From: an uncultured Clostridia bacterium
GTDB taxonomy: Bacteria > Acidobacteriota > Blastocatellia > UBA7656
DNA: 47,594 nt
Reading direction: 5' to 3'
NCBI GenBank assembly: GCA_964581275.1
Contig: CAZOOE010000002.1
Span: forward strand, 1 to 47,594
The position numbers and the translations under genes were made by a program. Under the pieces are notes generated by a model. It searched no databases. It was not told where the DNA came from and saw only the letters and a program-made list of their open reading frames with translations. Positions 27,016 to 35,330 of the stretch are shown piece by piece. Each line of letters opens with the position of its first letter. Positions within the stretch are counted from its first letter, which is position 1.

Positions 27016-29079
27016 TCAAGGCTCGCCTAGATCGACTGACTCGCTCAGAGTGATACCCTCGCTGAGGGTTATTCCTTCGCTCAACGTAATGCCTTCGGCT
27101 GACGGAATCCCTTCGCTCAGCGTTATGCCCTCGCTCAGCGTGATTCCATCGCCAAGGACGACCCCCTCGCTAAGAGTTATGCCTTCGCTCAGCGTGATCC
27201 CCTGACCTGCTGCAATGCTGTTGCTGAGTGCTACGCCGTTTATGAACACCGAGGACGAGCCCGCAACAACATCGGCGCTGACAACCCCGGACGTAATGAG
27301 CTGGGCGTTAGTTATCGGCGTTTCGTTGATTGTCACTCGGCCGCGTACCCACACGACTGCCGGACTGTATATTGCCTGGTAATGCGTGAAGAGATCCGGC
27401 CCTGCAAGGATGTGCGAACCGCCCGCGAAAATATACCCGCCCCAGGCGAAAGTCTGACCGGCAATCGTTGACCGAGGACTCAGCATAGTCACGCCCGCGC
27501 GAAGGAGATTGTCCCCCACTCGAAGCGTCCCTCGAGCCGCTGCCGTCGAAATATCAGTGCGCAGGACACCGGCCAGCTGGACAGCGCCGTCAATGTTCAA
27601 CAGCCCCGCCCCCTGTTGGATGATGTTGCCGGAGGCCGTCTGCCCCGCGGTGTATTGCAGGATTGCTTTCACCAACGAAGGAGTGAGGCCGGGGTTCTTC
27701 TGCAATAGGAGAGCGGCAGCGCCGGCAACTGTTGGAGCGGCGACAGACGTTCCGCTCAACTGCATGAACGCGTTCAGTGCGGAGCCGCTGTTGTGTAACT
27801 GAGGATACTCATTGATCAGCCGGGAGTTTCTCGATTCGGCGGCAACGATCCGGTTGCCCGGCGCCACCAGATCGGGCTTTAGCAGGTTGTCATACTGCTT
27901 CACGTTGGATGAATCAAGCCAGTTGCCGCGCGTCGGGCCCCGCGAGCTGAAGCAGGTTATCGTTTCGTCAGCGCGTGCGTCTGTTTGATGCGTGTTAGCC
28001 GCGCCGACGGTTATCACCGACGGGTCATCGCCTGGCGAGGTGATGCTGCCGTATTGTTCCAGCCCGGCAGCAGTCTGACCGTAGTTGCCCGCCGCAACGA
28101 CCACCGTGATACCTGAAGCAACCGCTCTCCGTACCGCGCGGCACAAGGGGTCAGTCCTATAAGATTCCGCCGACGCCGCACCCAAACTCAGGTTCATCAC
28201 CTTGATGTTTCGAAGAGAGCGATTGGCGATTACCCAATCGATGCCTGCGATCACATCGCTTGTCTGCCCGACGCCGCAGCTGTTGAGCACTCGGACATCA
28301 ATGAGATTCGCGTTCGGTGCTATGCCATTATATCCGCGCGATGCGCTGCTGGCGTTTGAGCGCCCGGCCGCAGTCCCCGCCACGTGCGTTCCGTGGCCGT
28401 ATGCGTCACCGTTGCCCAGGCCGAGCAAGTCCAGGAGCGAAGAAACAATGCCGAGCCGAAGCAGATACTGAGCCAAATTGGCATTGCCCGAGGCAATGTC
28501 CGTCTTTGCGGTAACACGCGAAAGGCCTAGCAGATTGGCCAGGTCGCCGAACTCACTGTGACTGGCCATTATCCCGGAATCAAGGATCGCGATCCCGACC
28601 CCGCTGCCATCGAGCCCGCCGGATGTTCGCACCCGGTCGGCACCGGTTGCGACCTCAAGATGGCTGGCGCTCTGCTGCGCTAGATGATCCGCCGACATAC
28701 GCTCGACGTCGGCGCGTGCCGCCAAGGAGAGAAGCCTGTTCTTTGGCAAGTCGGCGAGCAGGCCATTGATTGAAGCGAATTGGCGAACTACGGTTCCGCC
28801 CGCTTGAGCGATTGCAGTGGTCAATCCAGCCGCGACCGGGCCGTTCGTCTGGATAAGCGTTCGAACCCGTTGCCTTGATGTGTCCTGCCACACCGACGAT
28901 TGGCTGCTGTTTAGAGCTTGCTGCAACGCCACGGACAGCTTGCTTATCGGGGACGGCAGGTCGGCCAGGGTTCGACCAGGTGGCAGAAATGCGAAAACAA
29001 GGTTGAGCGTGAGCAACGTGGTAACGAGTCGGCGAAAACCACGGTGTTTTGGAGACGCGAATTCTAGGCGCTTAATCAT
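27016..29079 (-). CDS. Secreted S8 (subtilisin-family) serine peptidase with a C-terminal hexapeptide-repeat tail
   Basis: Catalytic triad contexts are GIAILDSGI (Asp), HGTHVAGTAAG (His) and SGTSVAAPTVAGAAALL (Ser). There is an N-terminal signal/TM segment. The C-terminus carries (GITLSE)n. Confidence 0.9.
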   Translation of the reverse strand: MIKRLEFASPKHRGFRRLVTTLLTLNLVFAFLPPGRTLADLPSPISKLSVALQQALNSSQSSVWQDTSRQRVRTLIQTNGPVAAGLTTAIAQAGGTVVRQFASINGLLADLPKNRLLSLAARADVERMSADHLAQQSASHLEVATGADRVRTSGGLDGSGVGIAILDSGIMASHSEFGDLANLLGLSRVTAKTDIASGNANLAQYLLRLGIVSSLLDLLGLGNGDAYGHGTHVAGTAAGRSNASSASRGYNGIAPNANLIDVRVLNSCGVGQTSDVIAGIDWVIANRSLRNIKVMNLSLGAASAESYRTDPLCRAVRRAVASGITVVVAAGNYGQTAAGLEQYGSITSPGDDPSVITVGAANTHQTDARADETITCFSSRGPTRGNWLDSSNVKQYDNLLKPDLVAPGNRIVAAESRNSRLINEYPQLHNSGSALNAFMQLSGTSVAAPTVAGAAALLLQKNPGLTPSLVKAILQYTAGQTASGNIIQQGAGLLNIDGAVQLAGVLRTDISTAAARGTLRVGDNLLRAGVTMLSPRSTIAGQTFAWGGYIFAGGSHILAGPDLFTHYQAIYSPAVVWVRGRVTINETPITNAQLITSGVVSADVVAGSSSVFINGVALSNSIAAGQGITLSEGITLSEGVVLGDGITLSEGITLSEGIPSAEGITLSEGITLSEGITLSESVDLGEP
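27040..27201 (-). repeat. Nine tandem 18-bp units encoding G-I-T-L-S-E (two variant units, GIPSAE and GVVLGD) at the 3' end of the S8 peptidase gene
   Basis: Exact 18-nt periodicity over 162 bp. Units differ mostly at synonymous positions (Gly GGT/GGA/GGC/GGG, Ile ATC/ATA/ATT, Leu CTG/CTC/TTG/CTT). Confidence 0.9.
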
Positions 29080-29556
29080 AATCGTTCATCACTAACCAAC
29101 TGCCGAGTCAGGTCCAAGAGGAAACAGCTACGATCCTCCCGTGAGGGTATCCAGCGCAACCCTGATGCCAGAAAGCTGGAATCGTCGCAAAACAACGGCT
29201 CTTGGGTAATGGGTCTGTTGTTTTCAGAAACTTGTGCGAGACCGTTTCATCACGAGACTAAGGTACCTGATTCGGTACTCTGACCACTGCGGGCGAGCGT
29301 GCGAATCATAATGAATGAAAGCGACCCGGTCAGGATGACTGTGTTGTCGCGGAGCGGTGTTCGTAGGACTCGATCCAAAGCTCGATGAGGAAGCGACAAG
29401 CTCCTTGTTTTGCTTGAAGCGAGTCTGGACGAGGATTACTATGTGGGCTCTGTCAAATGCTCGGTGACCACCAGACGGTGCATCCACCAAGATCGGGACA
29501 ACAAGATTGATGCGCATGGCGCCGCACCAATAACTGGTAATGAGGTTCTAAGAAAA

Positions 29557-30534
29557 ATGGCATTTGTAAACACCGTTAAAGGTCCGATCGATGTTGCGCA
29601 GGTCGGCGTGACTTTGATGCACGAGCACGTCTTTGTCCTGTCGACTGAAATCATGCAGAACTTCCCTGGACCTTGGGGAGAAGAAGAGAAGCGAGTTGCC
29701 GACGCGGTCGCACGATTGAGCGAACTCAAGTCGAGGGGTGTCGATTCGATCGTCGACCTTACGGTCATCGGGCTTGGGCGCTACATTCCGCGAATACAAC
29801 GAGTCGCAGCCCAAACGCAGCTCAACATCATTGTTGCAACCGGCGTCTATACCTACAACGACGTTCCATTCTACTTTCACTACCAGGGACCGGGAACGGC
29901 TCTTGGCGGCGAGGAGTTGATGGTTGATATGTTCGTCAGAGACATCGAAGAAGGGATTGCCGATACTGGTGTGAGGGCAGCCATTCTAAAGTGCGCGACC
30001 GACGTACAGGGCATCACCCCCGGTGTCGAGCGCGTGCTTCGGGCGGTCGCGCAGGCTCATCGGCGCACCGGGGTTCCGATATCCACTCACACACACGCGC
30101 ACACCGAGCGCGGACTTGAGCAGCAGCGCATTTTTCAAGAAGAGGGCGTCGATCTGTCGCGCGTAGTCATCGGTCACTCCGGCGACACGACGGATAAATA
30201 TTTTAGGGTAGGCTTTATCGGTAACGGCTGGAACATGGGAATGGACCGTTTTGGCTTTGATGGGCGGCTTCCGTTGGAGGATCGGGTGAAAACGGTTGCG
30301 AAGTTGTGCGAGCTCAGCTATGCCGGCAAGATGGTTCTCTCTCAGGACGCATCGTGTTTCATGGATGCACTGCCTGAAGCGGCCGTTCCGGTGATGCTGC
30401 CAAGGTGGCATTACCTTCACATTCACAACGATTTGATCCCCGCGTTAAGAGAGCGGGGCGTCACCGACGAACAGGTCAAGACCATGCTCGTTTACAACCC
30501 GAGGAAGATCTTTGAGAGGCAAGGTTCATACTGA
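29557..30534 (+). CDS. Phosphotriesterase-family (PTE/PLL-like) amidohydrolase-fold metal hydrolase
   Basis: Candidate metal ligands are all present: TLMHEHVF (HxH), AILKCAT (candidate carboxylated Lys), STHTHAH, IGHSGD, LSQDAS (Asp). The ATG at 29557 (MAFVNTVKGPI) replaces the long track extension from 29410. Confidence 0.8.
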   Translation: MAFVNTVKGPIDVAQVGVTLMHEHVFVLSTEIMQNFPGPWGEEEKRVADAVARLSELKSRGVDSIVDLTVIGLGRYIPRIQRVAAQTQLNIIVATGVYTYNDVPFYFHYQGPGTALGGEELMVDMFVRDIEEGIADTGVRAAILKCATDVQGITPGVERVLRAVAQAHRRTGVPISTHTHAHTERGLEQQRIFQEEGVDLSRVVIGHSGDTTDKYFRVGFIGNGWNMGMDRFGFDGRLPLEDRVKTVAKLCELSYAGKMVLSQDASCFMDALPEAAVPVMLPRWHYLHIHNDLIPALRERGVTDEQVKTMLVYNPRKIFERQGSY

Positions 30535-32036
30535 TGATTCGTCCCTTCGATTATTCGGGAATCACACGCGACTCCCACGGCATAGCTCATTACGACAACC
30601 GACCCAATTCGCTGGTCGAGATGCTACGGGCCACTGTTGATGAGTCCCCGGATCATGAGGCCATTATCGAGCTTGGCGGTGAGCGGGTGAGTTACCGCCA
30701 GCTTTGGGAACGCTCGGCACGCGTGGCAGGCGGCTTGAAGGAGACCGGTGTCAATCGAGGCGACCGAGTTGCGATTCGATTGGCGAACGGGCTTGATTGG
30801 TGCCTCGCGTTCTTCGGAACGCAGATGGCGGGGGCCGTTACCGTTCCGGTGAACACGCGTTTTAGCGAGTCAGAAGTCGAATATGTCATTACGGATTCCG
30901 GTTCACGGTTTTCGTTTTTGCCAGGTCAGCTGTTACCTGATGGTGCCCCTTTTGTCGTCGATGACCTGACCAACGTGGATGTTGCCGCGATCTTCTACAC
31001 TAGCGGAACGACCGGCTTCCCAAAGGGTGCGATGACCACTCACGAGAACTTCCTGTCAAACACCGAGAACTGCCGGCGCGTGGTGAAGCTGCCGGATGAC
31101 GGCAGCGTGCGCAACTTGGTATCCGTTCCGCTGTTCCACGTCACCGGGTGCAACAGTCAGTTGCTGCCTACCTGTGAAAACGGTGACGCGCTGGTGATAA
31201 TGCCGGCGTTCGAGGTGCAGGCATTCCTCCGGGCGATTCGGGATGAGCGCATTAACCTGCTGACTTCGGTTCCTGCGGTGTATTGGCTTGCCATCAACCA
31301 GCCGAACTTCCATGAAGTGGATGCGACAAACATCCGATGGGTGACCTACGGCGGAGCGCCGATCGCACCCGAGCTGGTAGCGCGAATCATGGACGCGTTC
31401 CTGAACGCTCGAGTTGGGAACGGCTTCGGGTTGACTGAGACATCATCGGTTGCAACCTTTCTTCCTCACGAGTACGCGCATTTGCGTCCGGAATCCGTCG
31501 GCTTCGCGGCGCCGGTTGTCGATCTGGAGCTCTTCGAGCCGGATTCATCGACCGGGGTGGGCGAGTTGCTGGTGCGCGGACCAAACGTAGTGAAGGGCTA
31601 CTGGAACAAATCGGAAGCGACTGCCGAAACCTTTGTGGACGGGTGGCTGCATACTGGCGACATGGCTCGTTTGGATGACGATGGTTTCGTGCAGATAGTC
31701 GACCGGAAGAAGGACATGATCTGCCGCGGGGGCGAGAACGTTTACTGCGTGGAGGTAGAGAACGCGCTTGCGGCCCACCCGGCCGTATTTGAAGTGGCAG
31801 TCATGGGAGTGCCCGACGCAATGATGGGGGAAAAAGTCGGAGCAGTGATCGTTCCGCGTCCCGGCCAGAGCGTCGATCTGGTCGATCTGATTGCGTTCGC
31901 GCGCAAGCACCTTGCGGATTTCAAGATCCCTCAGTATGTGGCGATGCGAACGGAGCCAATGCCTCGCAACCCCGGCGGCAAGATGCTAAAACCGCTGTTG
32001 CGAAGAGAGACAGAATGGGGAGAGCCGCTTCGATGA
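30534..32036 (+). CDS. AMP-forming acyl-CoA synthetase / fatty-acid--CoA ligase (ANL superfamily)
   Basis: Motifs seen: AMP-binding motif IFYTSGTTGFPKGAM, YGGAP, GWLHTGDMARLDDDGFVQIVDRKKDMI, GGKMLK. The start ATG overlaps the PTE stop (cTGATGa). Confidence 0.9.
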   Translation: MIRPFDYSGITRDSHGIAHYDNRPNSLVEMLRATVDESPDHEAIIELGGERVSYRQLWERSARVAGGLKETGVNRGDRVAIRLANGLDWCLAFFGTQMAGAVTVPVNTRFSESEVEYVITDSGSRFSFLPGQLLPDGAPFVVDDLTNVDVAAIFYTSGTTGFPKGAMTTHENFLSNTENCRRVVKLPDDGSVRNLVSVPLFHVTGCNSQLLPTCENGDALVIMPAFEVQAFLRAIRDERINLLTSVPAVYWLAINQPNFHEVDATNIRWVTYGGAPIAPELVARIMDAFLNARVGNGFGLTETSSVATFLPHEYAHLRPESVGFAAPVVDLELFEPDSSTGVGELLVRGPNVVKGYWNKSEATAETFVDGWLHTGDMARLDDDGFVQIVDRKKDMICRGGENVYCVEVENALAAHPAVFEVAVMGVPDAMMGEKVGAVIVPRPGQSVDLVDLIAFARKHLADFKIPQYVAMRTEPMPRNPGGKMLKPLLRRETEWGEPLR

Positions 32037-32309
32037 GAGCTGCTTGCTGCGTGACGACTTTTCATGTGGGCTATCCTCGCAAAAGACGCAAGAGGTCTTT
32101 CTGCAAACCAAACTCTTCACCACCTTTCTGATTTTCGGCCAAACCTGCAGTTTTCCGTCCGTACGTGCGCGACGTTACTGCTCGCCCGACCTATGATTCG
32201 CTCTCAACTGAACGTTGGGTGAATTGGAGCTACCTTGCCGCCGCGTGAAACAGAATCAGCTCGGTAGGTTGCCGGGTAAACACTCACACGCGACGGGGAG
32301 CACTCTTCT

Positions 32310-32792
32310 ATGAGCGCGGAGTCGACGACATTTTCGTTGGAGGGGTCAAAAGCGTTATCCGCAATTCTCTGGGGCGGTCTAGCAGCCGGCGTCCTCGATA
32401 TTTCGGCTGCGTTCGTCAATAGCGGTTTGCGCGGAAGAAGTCCGCTCTGGGTGCTGCAGTCGATCGCGAGCGGGCTGCTTGGTCCCGAATCCTTCAAGGG
32501 TGGTTTAGGGACCGCTGCGCTGGGTACCGCCTGTCACTTTCTAATCGCGTTTGTCGCGTGTGCGGTCTATTACGTAGCGAGCCGCAGGGCTCCGTTTTTG
32601 CTTCAGTACTTCATTCTAAGCGGGTTGCTATACGGTGTTGTGGTCTATGGTTTCATGAACTTGGTTGTCTTACGCATCGCCTTCCACAATAAGATCTTGT
32701 ATACACCCTCAACAGTGATAACTGGTTTGCTGATAATTATGATCTGCGTCGGGCTGCCCATCTCGGTTATCGTCCACCACTATTCAAAGTAG
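32310..32792 (+). CDS. Small integral membrane protein, function unknown
   Basis: Four predicted hydrophobic helices (ILWGGLAAGVLDISAAF, AALGTACHFLIAFVACAVYY, ILSGLLYGVVVYGFMNLVVL, VITGLLIIMICVGLPISVIV). Confidence 0.6.
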   Translation: MSAESTTFSLEGSKALSAILWGGLAAGVLDISAAFVNSGLRGRSPLWVLQSIASGLLGPESFKGGLGTAALGTACHFLIAFVACAVYYVASRRAPFLLQYFILSGLLYGVVVYGFMNLVVLRIAFHNKILYTPSTVITGLLIIMICVGLPISVIVHHYSK

Positions 32793-32814
32793 CGGGAGCA
32801 CCGGAGTCACTTCG

Positions 32815-34098
32815 TCAGTCCGACATCGGTTTCAAGTCCAGCGCCATGACGTTCTTGCGATCGCGAACATAAAGCGTCTTACCGGCTAACGTTGGTCCCG
32901 TCCATGAAAGACTGTGCACCAACTCAACCTTGGAGTCTATCTTGATTCCGTCAGGAGTGAGCGCCGCCAGCATTAGAAATCCATCTTCATCAAGAATGAT
33001 GAAATGCCCGTCGGCAAACAGAAAGCTGGCGCGCCCGAATCTTCGATCCCGCCAGGCAATCTTGCCGGTCTTAACATTGACCGCTGTGAAAGGCGCGGGT
33101 CCGAAGTCTCCGCTTGAGCCGTAGACGAGGTCGCCAACGCGAATACACGTGCCAAAATGCACTCGCATTAGCCGGTGGGACCAGAGCTCTTCAACACTGG
33201 TCTTGCCGTCGTTTCTGGTCAGCTTGATCACCCGGCTGCCGCCGTTGTAGCCGGACGACACGAACAGCAGATTGTCATCGCCCCAGACCGGAGTACTAGT
33301 GTTTAGACCAAATTCGGTCTCGTGCGGATGACTCCACAACAGGTCGCCGTTGTCCGGATCAATACCGACGATCTCGCCAAACATAAATGCCACGAGTTGA
33401 TTCTGTCCGTCGACATTTATGATGATCGGCGAGGACGTTGAATTCTTGTAGTCATGCCTCTTCCATGCCACGGCCCCGTCTTTCTGGTTGAATGAGATCA
33501 GTGCGTGCCCCTGGCCACCCACCATCATCACAACAGTGTTCTTGTAGGCTATCGGGCTGCAAGAGTATCCGTTCACTCGCACTGTCCCGTTGAATTCTTT
33601 GATGAGGTCGTGAGACCACACAGGCTTGCCGGTTCGCTTATCCAGGCAGTGAAGCTTTCCGGTCGCGCCTGCTGTAAAAACCAGATCACCGGCTATCAGC
33701 GGAGTGGCGTGAGGACCTGGTCCGTTCGACATATCGTATTCCTTTGAGAACGGCGCATCGTAGCTGTATTCCCAGAGAGTCCGGCCCGTTGCCGGGTCCA
33801 AAGCCACCACCAGCTCCTCCTCGCCCTTGCGATACATCGTGAAGAGCCTTCCACCTTCAACTGCGATCCCCGAGAAACCTTCACCCAACTCCCGGCTCCA
33901 CAGCCTTCGTGGGCCAGTCGGCGGCCACGACGTTGGCAGCCCGGTGACCGAAGCTTTGAAGTTACGGTTCGGTCCGCCCCATTGCGGCCAGTCCGCGGAT
34001 TGAGCGAGCACCACGCTTCCGGGCAGGCCGCAAAATGAGAGCAGCACAAACGACGCGGTTCGCAGCCCTCTGTTTCGCTTAAGACATGGCGGAATCAT
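32815..34098 (-). CDS. PQQ-like (BamB-type) beta-propeller repeat protein, secreted
   Basis: Signal peptide is followed by W.QWGGPNRN. Repeated G.LY..G..G.L.ALD..TGK..W blades are typical of PQQ-like propellers. Confidence 0.8.
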   Translation of the reverse strand: MIPPCLKRNRGLRTASFVLLSFCGLPGSVVLAQSADWPQWGGPNRNFKASVTGLPTSWPPTGPRRLWSRELGEGFSGIAVEGGRLFTMYRKGEEELVVALDPATGRTLWEYSYDAPFSKEYDMSNGPGPHATPLIAGDLVFTAGATGKLHCLDKRTGKPVWSHDLIKEFNGTVRVNGYSCSPIAYKNTVVMMVGGQGHALISFNQKDGAVAWKRHDYKNSTSSPIIINVDGQNQLVAFMFGEIVGIDPDNGDLLWSHPHETEFGLNTSTPVWGDDNLLFVSSGYNGGSRVIKLTRNDGKTSVEELWSHRLMRVHFGTCIRVGDLVYGSSGDFGPAPFTAVNVKTGKIAWRDRRFGRASFLFADGHFIILDEDGFLMLAALTPDGIKIDSKVELVHSLSWTGPTLAGKTLYVRDRKNVMALDLKPMSD

Positions 34099-34121
34099 GT
34101 GTACAGCCCTTAAAACCCGGA

Positions 34122-35288
34122 TTAAGGCGCCTTGCTGATCTGCGGCTTTTCAAAAAGAGCCGGATCAACTTTTCCGTTAACGGTGATCGCTTGGATGGTT
34201 GGTGATTGTTCTTTCCACGGCTTGCCGTCAAAGGTTGCGTTGATCTTGAATGGTAGAGTCAAACCGTCGACGGCGCGAAAGTCGGAAAAGACCTGGATGA
34301 ATTGTCCGAAGTTACCTTCCGGTCCGCGCCGCCAGGATGACTGACTCAGTATCCGTCCCGTAGAAGGATCGATGCCCAGAACTTTGCTGTTGCCATCAAT
34401 TTCGACTGCTACCTGTTCGACTAGCGTTTCACCCACCTTGTCGGTGCCGATGGCTGTAGCATTAAATCCTGAGCTCTTTCGGGCGCGTAGGATGGAGATG
34501 ATTCGTTGTTTGAGTTCCCTCTCCTGGTTAGCCCTGGCGCTGTTGGGTAGTTGTCGCGTGACGCCGCCCATCATTCCGAAAACCTCCCTTGAGGTTATGA
34601 CGAGAGCCATCCTTCTAATCTCTGCCGGGTTGTTCCAGTCCGGCATCGTTTGATCCATTCTTATGCGGTCCGGAAAAACAACGGTCACGTTGGTGCTGAT
34701 CTCGACATCACCTTCTTGTCTGGTCTGCAGCACGCTGCTCTTCTCCTGATAGCTGGCGAGGCCGTCGATTCGTGCGGCGCTGCCCACGGCTGCCACGGCT
34801 TTATCGATCAGCGCGAGCGCTTTGTGCACCGCTTCGGTGGTGGCCGTCGGCTTAGGCTTGGGCCCGTTCTCGGTTTCGAGGTAATTCGTCGGGGACGCAT
34901 CGAATCTCTTCTTGCATCCCTCAGTGCCGAAGATATAGATGCGGCCTTTGTAAACCGTATAGAGGTCGGGATTGCCAGTGACCGGTGCGCCCATTCTGGC
35001 GCAAGCCCCCTCCAACTGAATCTCATAGCGAGCCGGGTCCTTCTCGAATGTAGCCTTGTTCTCCGCGCTCGCAAATAGATATTGAAATTTGCCGCGAGTG
35101 ATCGCGATTGTCAGCTCGCCCTGGACTTCCTTTCCCTGCACCAGCATCACCGGATCAAGGCCTTCGAGCACCGGAACAGCTTCCCGCTCCTTTTGTTGAC
35201 TCAAGACTATGCTGCTTGAGCTCATCAGAATGACAATGAAGATGAACCCCGTTCCTGACTTCCGCAGGTTTTCAAAGTAACTTTTCAT
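34122..35288 (-). CDS. Secreted hypothetical protein with two YHS-like N-terminal modules and a LolA-like/beta-sandwich C-terminal region (tentative)
   Basis: Signal peptide. The segments DPVMLVQGKEV...KFQYLFASAENKATFEKDPARY and GAPVTGNPDLYTVYKGRIYIFGTEGCKKRFDASPTNY resemble YHS-type modules. It lies 23 nt upstream of the propeller gene on the same strand. Confidence 0.5.
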   Translation of the reverse strand: MKSYFENLRKSGTGFIFIVILMSSSSIVLSQQKEREAVPVLEGLDPVMLVQGKEVQGELTIAITRGKFQYLFASAENKATFEKDPARYEIQLEGACARMGAPVTGNPDLYTVYKGRIYIFGTEGCKKRFDASPTNYLETENGPKPKPTATTEAVHKALALIDKAVAAVGSAARIDGLASYQEKSSVLQTRQEGDVEISTNVTVVFPDRIRMDQTMPDWNNPAEIRRMALVITSREVFGMMGGVTRQLPNSARANQERELKQRIISILRARKSSGFNATAIGTDKVGETLVEQVAVEIDGNSKVLGIDPSTGRILSQSSWRRGPEGNFGQFIQVFSDFRAVDGLTLPFKINATFDGKPWKEQSPTIQAITVNGKVDPALFEKPQISKAP

Positions 35289-35330
35289 AGTCTACCTCAG
35301 TTTCTCAAGTGAATTGATGTCTGTCATATC

